Assembly (NCBI GenBank): GCA_037441155.1
Contig: JBBISQ010000007.1
Location: forward strand, 1-39,709
DNA: 39,709 nt
Source of the DNA: Candidatus Fraserbacteria bacterium
GTDB lineage: Bacteria; Bipolaricaulota; Bipolaricaulia; RBG-16-55-9; DRXL01
Reading direction: 5' to 3'
Every line of letters begins with the position of its first letter. Position 1 is the first letter of the stretch. This document shows, one piece after another, positions 16,851 through 25,450 of this stretch. Both the position numbers and the translations under genes were made by a program. Under the pieces are notes generated by a model that saw only the letters and a program-made list of their open reading frames with translations, did not search any database and had not been told where the DNA came from.

Positions 16851-18286
16851 GTCGGGCTTTACCCATCGAAAGACACTCGCTGGCCTGGCGCAAGACCAAG
16901 AGCGCTCTGTTCGGTTCGCTCACCGTGAGCACGATCCTGATCAGTTTGGCTCTGCTGCTCGCTCTGATCGTCTATATTCTTGTCAATGCGCGCCCGCTGA
17001 TGGCCATGCGCGCCGCCTCCCGCGCGGGATTGGTGCTTTCGACTATGGTCATCCAGTGGGATGCGAAGAATTTGCCCTATGTGATCGTCACGGATTTTTC
17101 TCCAGACTCTCCGGCGGCCCGGGCGGGGATTCACGAATTCGACGCGATCATTCACATTGGCTCTGAGACCGTCTCTCGTTCGGCGCAGGTCTGGGAGGCC
17201 ATCGCACGCTTGCCACAAGATATTCTGCCCATCGGCTGGATCAGCGGCGACCCAGTGACGATCTTTGGGGAACTGCTCCCCCAGGTGGACCCTCAAACGG
17301 GCGCGGTGCGCTTTGTCATAGACTATCTCCCCGAGGAGAGTCTAGGCTTTCGCGCCGGGCTGCGCGTTGGAGATATTCTCACTCAGATCGAAGGTATTCC
17401 CGTCACGGGTGCGCGTCAAGCGTGGGAAGCAGTGATCGTCGCAGCCCAGAAGAGAGCCCAGCCCGGCCCGCTTGCGGTGCAGATCGAGCGCGACGGGGAA
17501 CTTTTCACTATCGCGCTGCCTGCGGAGCAGACGGCACAGCTTCCCATCCAGCGCAGCTGGGGGCGCGCCATCTGGGACTTTCTCACCAGCTATGACTCCA
17601 ACTCCCCAGAAAAAGCCGGGCTGGCCAGCGCCATCGTCGGCTCGCTCTATCTTGTCGGCCTGACGGCGCTCTTTGCGCTGCCCTTGGGGGTGGGCGCAGC
17701 GCTCTATCTCGAAGAGTATGCCCAGAAAAACTGGCTCACCGATCTCATTCAGCTACTGATCGTCAATCTCGCTGGCGTCCCCTCGGTGATCTATGGGATT
17801 ATCGGGTTAGAGATCTTAGCGCGAGCGCTCAAGATGGACCGCGTGCTCATCACTGGCGCATTGACGATGACTCTCTTGATCTTGCCCATGGTGATCATCG
17901 CGTCGCGCGAGGCGTTGCGCACTATCCCGGATTCGATCCGGCACGCGGCGTACTCCGTGGGCGCGACGCGCTGGCAGGTGGTGCGCGCCCATGTGCTGCC
18001 CTATGCCCTGCCGGGGATCCTGACGGGCTTGATTATCGCGCTCTCGCGGGCTATGGGCGAGGCCGCCCTGCTCATATTGCTCGGGGCGTTTCAATATCTG
18101 ACCTTCATCCCTGGCTTGCGGGACTACTTCACAGTGATTCCCATTCAGATCTTCACATGGATCGGTGAGGCGAAAGACGGCTTCGCGAATATTGCCGCGG
18201 CGGCGATCGTCGTGCTCTTGACGATCTTGTTGGTGATGAACGGCCTGGCGATCTTCTTGCGGATAAAATTCCAGAGGAGGTGGTAA
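16847..18286 (+). CDS. pstA: phosphate ABC transporter permease PstA with a large periplasmic insertion containing two PDZ-like domains
   Basis: The C-terminal 230 aa are typical PstA ([26 protein letters not shown]). ATGA overlap with pstC. The loop after TM1 carries [25 protein letters not shown] and [20 protein letters not shown]. Confidence 0.9.
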   Translation: MSRALPIERHSLAWRKTKSALFGSLTVSTILISLALLLALIVYILVNARPLMAMRAASRAGLVLSTMVIQWDAKNLPYVIVTDFSPDSPAARAGIHEFDAIIHIGSETVSRSAQVWEAIARLPQDILPIGWISGDPVTIFGELLPQVDPQTGAVRFVIDYLPEESLGFRAGLRVGDILTQIEGIPVTGARQAWEAVIVAAQKRAQPGPLAVQIERDGELFTIALPAEQTAQLPIQRSWGRAIWDFLTSYDSNSPEKAGLASAIVGSLYLVGLTALFALPLGVGAALYLEEYAQKNWLTDLIQLLIVNLAGVPSVIYGIIGLEILARALKMDRVLITGALTMTLLILPMVIIASREALRTIPDSIRHAAYSVGATRWQVVRAHVLPYALPGILTGLIIALSRAMGEAALLILLGAFQYLTFIPGLRDYFTVIPIQIFTWIGEAKDGFANIAAAAIVVLLTILLVMNGLAIFLRIKFQRRW

Positions 18287-18290
18287 AAAA

Positions 18291-19106
18291 ATGGGCACGC
18301 CGACAGTGACGCAGCCGCGCCTGGAGGTGCAGCGTCCTTCTGAAGAGTCTGCAGGGGCGCCCATCTTGCAGACGCGCGGGCTCAGCGTATGGTACGGCAA
18401 ACAGCAAGCACTCGACTCGGTCAGCATTGATGTTCCCAAAAACAGAATCACGGCGATCATCGGGCCGTCGGGGTGCGGCAAGAGCACGCTCATTCGCTGC
18501 TTCAATCGCATGAACGATCTCGTCCCCGGGGTGCGCATCAGCGGGGAGGTGCTCTATCACGGCAAGAATATCTATGACCCCGACGTCGACCCGGTCGAAG
18601 TCCGGAGGAGAATCGGGATGGTTTTTCAGAAGCCGAACCCGTTTCCAAAGTCTATTTACGAGAACGTCGCGTTCGGGCTGAGAATCAACGGGTTTTCGGG
18701 GAATCTCGACGCGCACGTGGAGCGCGCCCTGCGCCAAGCGGCCCTGTGGGACGAAGTCAAAGACTATCTCCACAAGAAGAGCGGCTTGGATCTCTCTGGG
18801 GGGCAGCAGCAGCGGTTGTGCATCGCGCGCACCCTGGCTATCCAACCCGAAGTGATCTTGATGGATGAGCCATGTTCAGCACTCGATCCCATCGCGACAG
18901 CGCGGATCGAAGATCTGATGCTCGAACTGAAAGAGCGCTATACGGTCGTGATCGTCACGCACAATATGCAGCAAGCGGCGCGTGTCTCAGATTTCACAGC
19001 GTTTCTCTATCTGGGCCGGTTGATCGAGTACGGGGTGACCAAGAAGATCTTCGAGAACCCTGACAAAAAAGAGACGGAAGATTACATCACGGGCAAATTT
19101 GGGTAA
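18291..19106 (+). CDS. pstB: phosphate ABC transporter ATP-binding protein PstB
   Basis: Walker [10 protein letters not shown], signature LSGGQQQRL, Walker [13 protein letters not shown], and the typical PstB C-terminus ...[10 protein letters not shown]. Confidence 0.97.
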   Translation: MGTPTVTQPRLEVQRPSEESAGAPILQTRGLSVWYGKQQALDSVSIDVPKNRITAIIGPSGCGKSTLIRCFNRMNDLVPGVRISGEVLYHGKNIYDPDVDPVEVRRRIGMVFQKPNPFPKSIYENVAFGLRINGFSGNLDAHVERALRQAALWDEVKDYLHKKSGLDLSGGQQQRLCIARTLAIQPEVILMDEPCSALDPIATARIEDLMLELKERYTVVIVTHNMQQAARVSDFTAFLYLGRLIEYGVTKKIFENPDKKETEDYITGKFG

Positions 19107-19119
19107 AATAGCCCTATCT

Positions 19120-19818
19120 ATGGTGCGCGAAAGCTATAAGCAGCAGTTGGAGGGGCTGACGCAGTCCGTTCGCGAGATGGGCCTGAAAGTGCTTGAGGGG
19201 CTCGATCTGGGCTTGCGAGCCCTGCGCGAACACGACCGCGCTCTGGCCGAAAGCCTCGATGCCTGGGACGACCAAGTGGACGAGCTCAACTTCTCTATCG
19301 AGAAAGAATGCCTGGATCTCTTAGCCCTGCAACAGCCGGTTGCCATAGATCTCCGGCTGATCACGAGCGTTTTCAAGATCATTACCGACCTTGAACGGGC
19401 TGCCGACCTAGCGGTCAATGTGGGCCAGTACGGGATGGACGTCGGGGTCTTCGTGCTCGTGCCCAAGGAGGAGCTGATGGCCTTGGGCGAATTCGCCCGC
19501 GAGATGCTCCGCGAGGCCGTGGACGCCTTCGTCTCTAAAGATATCGAGCGATCTCACGAGATCATCCGGCGCGACGAGCAGATGGACGAACGGTGTTGGC
19601 AGCTCCGCAGACGGGTCTTAGCAAAACTCTTGGAGCTGGCACGCGAGGCTCATTCCCCTCAAGAAGCCAAAGAGTTCGTGGACGACGTCATCCCGGTTCT
19701 CTGGTCCATTCGCGACCTGGAACGCGTAGGCGATCACGCCGTGAACATCTCAGAGCGCACGATCTACATGGTGACCGGGCGCAAGGAGCGCAAGAAGCCC
19801 AAACACTCTGACGCATAG
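19120..19818 (+). CDS. phoU: phosphate signalling complex protein PhoU
   Basis: Two PhoU repeats (D..ID.....L.L.......DLR and the DLERVGDHAVNI motif). ATG 19120 is preferred to TTG 19099, which overlaps the end of pstB. Confidence 0.9.
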   Translation: MVRESYKQQLEGLTQSVREMGLKVLEGLDLGLRALREHDRALAESLDAWDDQVDELNFSIEKECLDLLALQQPVAIDLRLITSVFKIITDLERAADLAVNVGQYGMDVGVFVLVPKEELMALGEFAREMLREAVDAFVSKDIERSHEIIRRDEQMDERCWQLRRRVLAKLLELAREAHSPQEAKEFVDDVIPVLWSIRDLERVGDHAVNISERTIYMVTGRKERKKPKHSDA

Positions 19819-19831
19819 CGGAGGCACCCCT

Positions 19832-20248
19832 ATGAGCGCCAAGCGTACGAAGATCATCTTTGTCTGCGTGGGCAATTCATGTCGCAGCCAGATGGCCGAA
19901 GGCTTTGCGAAGTACTATGCGCAGCAGATGGGCCTAGACGTGGAGATTCACAGCGCCGGAACGCATCCGGCAGGCTATGTGCACAGCGACGCTATCGAAG
20001 TGATGCGCGAGAAGGGCATAGACATCTCAGGACAGTCCTCTAAGAGCGTCGCTGCGTTCGATTTGCGCGAGTTCGATTATGTGATCGCGATGGGCTGTCT
20101 TGAGTATGATATCTGCCCCGCGAACTTTCAGGGCGTCTCTGAAGACTGGGGGATTCCCGATCCCATTGGGCGGGGATTGGAGTTTTACAGAGAGGTGCGC
20201 GATATGATCGAAGCGAAGGTGCTGCGCCTGCTCGATGGGCTCACTTAA
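19832..20248 (+). CDS. arsC: LMW-PTP family arsenate reductase (thioredoxin-coupled ArsC type)
   Basis: P-loop CVGNSCRSQMAEG, a second Cys pair in MGCLEYDICP aligned with the Cys82/Cys89 region of B. subtilis ArsC, and DWGIPDP. Confidence 0.75.
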   Translation: MSAKRTKIIFVCVGNSCRSQMAEGFAKYYAQQMGLDVEIHSAGTHPAGYVHSDAIEVMREKGIDISGQSSKSVAAFDLREFDYVIAMGCLEYDICPANFQGVSEDWGIPDPIGRGLEFYREVRDMIEAKVLRLLDGLT

Positions 20249-20251
20249 AAG

Positions 20252-20710
20252 CTAGAACTCATAGCGGACTCCCAGGGCGAAGACTCCCGGCAGGGGGCGA
20301 CCTGCCAAGAGCCACACCTCCGCAAAAGAGATAAGACGTGTCTGAGGAACAGGGACTTCCACGCCAACGATCCCTTGAAATGTCGCCTCGATGATCAGCA
20401 ACTCTTCTTGGCTGCGCACCCCCGCTGAAGCTCCTGCTCCCACAAAGGGCCTCCAGAGAAGAGCGATCATTTCGTATGTGCCGAGGAAAAGCTTCACATC
20501 AGCAACCGCAGCCAGCCCCCCCACGCTCAGGCCGATGGGCAACCCAACCTCTACAGCAAAATGCTCCGCCAGCCCGACGAAGACAAACGCTTGCAACGGG
20601 ATCTTGACCCCGACCCCCAACGGCTGAGCCGCGCATGGCACGACTATGAACAGAACTACTCCCCCGACAGCTACGAGTGCTGCGAATACTGCCGTTCTCT
20701 TATCTCCCAT
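20252..20710 (-). CDS. small predicted outer-membrane beta-barrel protein (paralog 1)
   Basis: Signal peptide ending AAQ/P, alternating hydrophobic beta-strand pattern, and C-terminal ...ALGVRYEF with a terminal aromatic. Shares LGVGVK(I/M)P and GVR(Y/W)(E/D)F with the neighbouring gene. Confidence 0.6.
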   Translation of the reverse strand: MGDKRTAVFAALVAVGGVVLFIVVPCAAQPLGVGVKIPLQAFVFVGLAEHFAVEVGLPIGLSVGGLAAVADVKLFLGTYEMIALLWRPFVGAGASAGVRSQEELLIIEATFQGIVGVEVPVPQTRLISFAEVWLLAGRPLPGVFALGVRYEF

Positions 20711-20719
20711 TGGGCGCTC

Positions 20720-21229
20720 TCATCGCGAGAGAGTGGGGAAGTCCCAGCGCACCCCAAGACTCAAGAAGAGTCCCCCAGCCCCCGCTAAGGGAATCTCCAC
20801 CGACGATTGCCAGCCGCCCTCGAGGATCGCTCGCGCGGGAAGATCGCGAAAAGCCCACTCTGCCCCGATCTTGACATCAAACCCTGTGAACGTCTCCGAA
20901 CCGATGAAGATGCGAAATCCGCCAACCCCGATGAAGAACCGAAGCTCTTCCGACGCTGTAAGATCTGATATTGCCCAGGTGCCGTGCGCGCTGACTACCA
21001 AGGGCACTGTGGGGAAGAAGACCCCCATCTCGAGCGCGAACGCGCCCACTCCCAGCCGCCCGAAAACCTCCCAGTTGTCAGTCATGTTGGCGGCTGTGAA
21101 GTTCGTCAGCTCCACCGGCATCTTGACGCCTACACCGAGCGTTTGCGCGTGCCCCGAGAAAGCCCCACCCCCAGCAAGCAGCGCTGCTATCGCCCAGACT
21201 CCCGCTCTCCACCACCCGTGACGCGTCAT
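20720..21229 (-). CDS. small predicted outer-membrane beta-barrel protein (paralog 2)
   Basis: Signal peptide ...GHAQ/T, then LGVGVKMP, beta-strand periodicity, and LSLGVRWDF near the C-terminus. Confidence 0.6.
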   Translation of the reverse strand: MTRHGWWRAGVWAIAALLAGGGAFSGHAQTLGVGVKMPVELTNFTAANMTDNWEVFGRLGVGAFALEMGVFFPTVPLVVSAHGTWAISDLTASEELRFFIGVGGFRIFIGSETFTGFDVKIGAEWAFRDLPARAILEGGWQSSVEIPLAGAGGLFLSLGVRWDFPTLSR

Positions 21230-21298
21230 TCCGTTTCCCCCCTATTCCCAGAGAGATCGAATTATTATAGAGTATACCCCCAGGGTCTGTGAAATCGC

Positions 21299-22045
21299 TC
21301 ACCCGACACTCTCTAAGACTTCATCTGGGATATCAAAGTTCGCGTAGGCCTCTTGGACATCTTCTTGTTCGTCCAGCGCCTCCATGAATTTGAGCACCTT
21401 TTCGGCCTCCCGCCCCTCCACCCGCACGGTGTTCTTCGGGACGAGAGAGACCTCAGCTCGCTCCACGGGAACCCCCAGCTTCTGCAGTCCATCCCGCACG
21501 ACCTTCACCTGAGCGGGCTCACAGTAGATCTCGATCTCCCCGTCCTTCTCTTGGATATCTTCAGCCCCCAGGTCAATGACGCTCATGAGCAGTTCGTCCG
21601 TATTCTGCTGGATCTTCTTCTTATCGAGCGTGATCACTCCGCGGCGATCGAAGATCCACGCCACGGAGCCCCCCAAATTCCCGCCGTACTCCTCAAAGAT
21701 ATGGCGAATCTCCGAGACGGCTCGGTTCTTATTATCCGTGACGACACGCACGAGCACCGCGACGCCGTGAGGCCCATACCCCTCGTAGAAGATCTCTTCG
21801 TACTGCATCCCGGGGAGCTCCCCGGTGGCGCGCTTGATGGCGCGCTCAATGTTGTCTTTGGGCACGTTGGCTTCGCGGGCCCGCTCGATCGCATTGGCCA
21901 GCGCGACGTTCTTCTCCGGGTCCGGCCCGCCAGCCTTAGCCGCCAAGGTGATCTCCTTAGAGAGCTTGGAGAAGATCTTCATCTTGGCCGCGTCCTGGCG
22001 CTCCTTTCGATATTTAATGTTGGCCCACTTTGAATGTCCGGCCAT
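21299..22045 (-). CDS. yebC: YebC/PmpR family DNA-binding transcriptional regulator
   Basis: MAGHSKWANIKYRKERQDAAK is the invariant N-terminus of the family. 248 aa. GAGGAGGTGAT ribosome site. Confidence 0.95.
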   Translation of the reverse strand: MAGHSKWANIKYRKERQDAAKMKIFSKLSKEITLAAKAGGPDPEKNVALANAIERAREANVPKDNIERAIKRATGELPGMQYEEIFYEGYGPHGVAVLVRVVTDNKNRAVSEIRHIFEEYGGNLGGSVAWIFDRRGVITLDKKKIQQNTDELLMSVIDLGAEDIQEKDGEIEIYCEPAQVKVVRDGLQKLGVPVERAEVSLVPKNTVRVEGREAEKVLKFMEALDEQEDVQEAYANFDIPDEVLESVG

Positions 22046-22072
22046 CGGCGTATCACCTCCTCGTCGGGATTT

Positions 22073-22101
22073 ACTCTAGCCGATTTGTTCGTCTTGTGCA
22101 A
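22073..22101 (-). promoter_or_regulatory. candidate promoter of yebC
   Basis: Minus strand: TTGCAC (22101-22096), 17 nt, TAGAGT (22078-22073). Confidence 0.4.
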
Positions 22102-22118
22102 GCACCCCTCCCCGCGTG

Positions 22119-22124
22119 TATAAT
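22119..22124 (+). promoter_or_regulatory. -10 box (TATAAT) of dcd, 8 nt before the ATG
   Basis: TATAAT 22119-22124, then AAAATATT, then ATG 22133. No Shine-Dalgarno and only a weak -35 box. Implies a leaderless transcript. Confidence 0.45.
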
Positions 22125-22132
22125 AAAATATT

Positions 22133-22711
22133 ATGGTGAAGAACGACCGGTGGATCCGTGAGATGGCCCTCAAGCACAAGATGATCGAGCCCTTTGTGGA
22201 CAGGCAGACCAGCCGGGGCGTGATCTCATACGGGCTTTCAAGCTATGGCTACGACATCCGTATTGCTGACGAGTTCAAGATCTTCACGAGCGTCAACCCC
22301 GATCTGTTTGCCACCGGCCAGCCGGTGATCGTCGACCCCAAGAATTTCAATGAGCACTCATTTGTGGACTATCGGGGGGAGGTGTGTGTCATCCCGCCCA
22401 ACTCGTTTGCGCTCGGTCGCTCCGTGGAGTATTTTCGCATTCCGAGGGATATTCTAGCTCTGTGCCTGGGGAAGAGCACCTACGCCCGCTGCGGCATCAT
22501 CGTCAATATAACCCCAGCAGAACCCGAATGGGAAGGGCAGCTCGTCATCGAGATCTCCAACACGTCTCCGTTGCCAGCCAAGATCTACGCCAACGAGGGG
22601 ATCGCCCAGATGATCTTCCTTGAGGCCGACGAGGTCTGCGAGGTCTCCTACGCTGACAGAAAGGGCAAGTACCAAAAGCAGATCGGGATTGTCACCTCGA
22701 GGGTGCAGTAG
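22133..22711 (+). CDS. dcd: dCTP deaminase
   Basis: IEPF...[28 protein letters not shown], and [14 protein letters not shown]...IEISN are dCTP deaminase/dUTPase-fold motifs. Confidence 0.93.
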   Translation: MVKNDRWIREMALKHKMIEPFVDRQTSRGVISYGLSSYGYDIRIADEFKIFTSVNPDLFATGQPVIVDPKNFNEHSFVDYRGEVCVIPPNSFALGRSVEYFRIPRDILALCLGKSTYARCGIIVNITPAEPEWEGQLVIEISNTSPLPAKIYANEGIAQMIFLEADEVCEVSYADRKGKYQKQIGIVTSRVQ

Positions 22712-22753
22712 CAGCAGGAGAGCCCATCTGATATAATAGCAGAAATCCGAGCT

Positions 22754-23086
22754 ATGATTATTTCTATGAATCTTCTTATCTTGACGCAAACGCAGCCGCA
22801 GCAACCCCCCTCTGCCGGCGAGAGCTGGATCACCTTGTTGATCTTGCTGGCAGTCATGATGATCTTCTTCTATTTCTTCCTGGTGCGCCCGCAACGCAAG
22901 CGCCAGCAAGAACACCAAGCCTTGCTCGAGAGCCTGCGCCGTGGCGATGAGGTCGTCACGATTGGGGGCATCTACGGGAAGATCGTCAAGATCGAGAAAG
23001 ATTATATTACGCTCCAAGTCAACGAGGAGGGCACGACGATGCGCGTGCTGAAGGAGAGCATCACCCAGAAGGAGAAGGCCGCATGA
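22754..23086 (+). CDS. yajC: preprotein translocase subunit YajC
   Basis: A single TM, then FFLVRPQRKRQQEHQALLESLRRGDEVVTIGGIYGKIV. TGATATAAT (extended -10) at 22729-22737. Confidence 0.9.
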   Translation: MIISMNLLILTQTQPQQPPSAGESWITLLILLAVMMIFFYFFLVRPQRKRQQEHQALLESLRRGDEVVTIGGIYGKIVKIEKDYITLQVNEEGTTMRVLKESITQKEKAA

Positions 23087-24477
23087 GACCTGAAACGCTG
23101 ATGAATTGGGGACGTCTTGGGATTATCGTTGTTGTGATTGTCGCCTCGTTCTTGTTGATCTTCGCCCCGTGGCAGCCTGCGCAAGAGCGCCCATGCACGC
23201 TCAGAGAGATCCGCTTGGGGCTCGACCTGTGCGGCGGCGTCACTCTCACTCTTGAAGCCACCATCCCTGAGGGAACAACCCCCGAGGACCGCCAGAAGAT
23301 CATAGATCGATCCATCAGCATCTTGGAGACACGCGTTAACGCCCTTGGGGTGACCGAGCCGATCATCGCTCAAGCAGGGGAGAGAAGAATTGTGGTGCAG
23401 CTTCCGGGCATGACCGATCCGGCCCAAGCCCGTCAGCTCGTGGGCAGCACCGCGCTGCTGGAGTTTCGCAAGTTCGTCAAATCCAGCCCTCCGGGCGAGA
23501 CCTTCACCGATGAGATAGACGAAGAGGTCTTGATGGGCTACGAGTGCAGCAAGCCCGACCTGCAAGAGAAGTGCAAAGCGTATGTGGTGAAGAAGGAGCC
23601 GCTCATGACCGGGGGGGGTCTGCAAAAAGCAGAGGTGCGTGTCAATCCGCAACCCACGGGCGGCGCCTCGGCGATCTACGTCGGGCTGCAATTCAATGAC
23701 GAAGGCGCCCGGAGGTTCCGCGATGTCATCCTCCAGCTCAAGCCCGAAAAGGACCAACTAGCTATCGTGCTCGACCGCGTGGTCTATAGCGCCCCGCGGA
23801 TCAGCCAGGGCATCTACGATGCAGCGCGGCGCACCCCCAAGATCGATCAAGCAACGATTGAGGGATCGTTCACATCCGACGAAGCCCGGTTGCTCGCGGC
23901 CATCTTGAGCGCTGGCGCCCTGCCCGCAGAAGTGAAGATCATCCAACAGAATATCGTGGGCGCCTCCCTCGGAAAAGACTCTATCGAAAAGGGCATCACC
24001 GCGAGCTGGGTCGCGGGGATCGTCGTGTTGGCCTTCATGGCGGTCTATTATCGCTTGAGCGGCTTCGTGGCGATCTTCACCCAACTGCTCAATCTGTTGG
24101 TGGTCATCGGAGCCCTGGCGGGCTTGAAGGCAACGCTGACCCTGCCGGGCATCGCCGGGTTGATCTTGCTCATCGGCGTTGGAGTGGACTCGAACGTCTT
24201 GATATTCGAGCGGATGCGCGAGGAGATCCGCATGGGAAAGGTCGCGCGCGCCGCGATTGATGCCGGGTATCATCGGGCGTTGACGACCATCTGGGACTCG
24301 CACGTCACGACGCTCATCACGGCGCTGATTCTCTTTATCTTCGGGACCGGCCCGATCCGCGGGTTCGCTACTACGCTGAGCTTGGGCATTATCATCAATC
24401 TCTTCACGGTCTTGGTCGGGACACGGCTCGTCTTCGAATTTGTGAAGCTGCGCAAGGTCGAACGACTCAGCATCTAG
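23083..24477 (+). CDS. secD: protein translocase subunit SecD
   Basis: LGLDLCGG, a periplasmic domain, and C-terminal six TM with GIAGLILLIGVGVDSNVLIFERMREE. ATGA overlap with yajC. Confidence 0.95.
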   Translation: MRPETLMNWGRLGIIVVVIVASFLLIFAPWQPAQERPCTLREIRLGLDLCGGVTLTLEATIPEGTTPEDRQKIIDRSISILETRVNALGVTEPIIAQAGERRIVVQLPGMTDPAQARQLVGSTALLEFRKFVKSSPPGETFTDEIDEEVLMGYECSKPDLQEKCKAYVVKKEPLMTGGGLQKAEVRVNPQPTGGASAIYVGLQFNDEGARRFRDVILQLKPEKDQLAIVLDRVVYSAPRISQGIYDAARRTPKIDQATIEGSFTSDEARLLAAILSAGALPAEVKIIQQNIVGASLGKDSIEKGITASWVAGIVVLAFMAVYYRLSGFVAIFTQLLNLLVVIGALAGLKATLTLPGIAGLILLIGVGVDSNVLIFERMREEIRMGKVARAAIDAGYHRALTTIWDSHVTTLITALILFIFGTGPIRGFATTLSLGIIINLFTVLVGTRLVFEFVKLRKVERLSI

Positions 24478-24487
24478 GGAGAGATCT

Positions 24488-25450
24488 ATGAAAAACGCAA
24501 AGAGCGTTGGTGCTCCGATAGTGCAACCAACTGCGAGGTTCTTCTCTATAGTCCCCCACGAGACCCATATTGATTTCTTGGGCAAGCGATATCTGGGATT
24601 TGGGCTCTCAGCTGTGCTTGTGCTCTTGGGGGTATTTGCGTTCGTGCAGATCTGGATGGGCAACGCCAAGATGGGGCTGGAGTTCACAGGGGGCACAGAA
24701 TTAATATTGGACTTCGAGCAAGCAGTCCCCATTGACCAAGCCCGTGCCCTGCTCGCGCAGAACGGCTTCAGTGAAGCGCAGCTGCAAAACATTCAAGAGA
24801 CAAACCAACTGGCCATCCGCACTAAGCTCTCTGAGGAGCAGGTCGCGGAGCGCCTGATCGCGCTCTTCGAGAAGGGCTTTCCCAACAGCAAACCCACCCT
24901 CGTCAGCACGGAGTTCATCGGCCCCACCATTGGGAAAGAGCTGCGCGATAAAGCCATATGGGCCGTGATCTTCTCCACGCTGGGCTTTTTGGTCTATATT
25001 GCGTTTCGGTTTGATTTCAAGTTCGGCGTCGCCGCGGCGATCGCGACGTTCCACGACGTCTTTGCTGTCTTAGGGCTGTCGTGGGCCTTGGGGATGGAGT
25101 TCACGTTGCTGATTATTACGGCGCTTCTGACGATTGCCGGGTACTCGCTCACCGACACGGTCGTGGTCTTCGACCGCATCCGTGAGAATTTAAGAAAGCA
25201 CCAGCGCGATCCCTTGATCAAGATCATCAATGACGCCCTGAACCAAGTGTTGAGCCGCACGATCTTGACGTCACTGACGACGTTGCTGGCCGTGGTGGTC
25301 TTGTATCTCTTAGGCGGGCCGGTGCTGCGCGATTTCGCGCTCGTGCTGATTATCGGGGTGATCGTGGGCACGTATTCCTCGATCTTCATTGCCAGTCCGA
25401 TCTTGCTGATGTGGCGTCGCCGAGGGTTGACCGCTCAGGTCAAGGGATAG
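24488..25450 (+). CDS. secF: protein translocase subunit SecF
   Basis: IDFLGKR..., LEFTGGT, IAGYSLTDTVVVFDRIRENL. Confidence 0.95.
   Translation: MKNAKSVGAPIVQPTARFFSIVPHETHIDFLGKRYLGFGLSAVLVLLGVFAFVQIWMGNAKMGLEFTGGTELILDFEQAVPIDQARALLAQNGFSEAQLQNIQETNQLAIRTKLSEEQVAERLIALFEKGFPNSKPTLVSTEFIGPTIGKELRDKAIWAVIFSTLGFLVYIAFRFDFKFGVAAAIATFHDVFAVLGLSWALGMEFTLLIITALLTIAGYSLTDTVVVFDRIRENLRKHQRDPLIKIINDALNQVLSRTILTSLTTLLAVVVLYLLGGPVLRDFALVLIIGVIVGTYSSIFIASPILLMWRRRGLTAQVKG

Noticed and set aside
17816-18845. Two long minus-strand ORFs (240 and 230 aa)
   Set aside because: They are antisense to pstA and pstB, which have unambiguous ABC permease and ATPase motifs. They are Arg/Pro/His-rich with no domains.
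20646-21221. 191-aa plus-strand ORF
   Set aside because: It is antisense to the two beta-barrel paralogues. Its Pro/Ser/Thr/Ala-rich low-complexity translation has no start context. The minus-strand genes have signal peptides and a shared paralogous architecture.
23002-24792. Two long minus-strand ORFs (251 and 344 aa)
   Set aside because: They are antisense to secD and secF, which are shadow-ORF-prone GC-rich membrane genes. No motifs.
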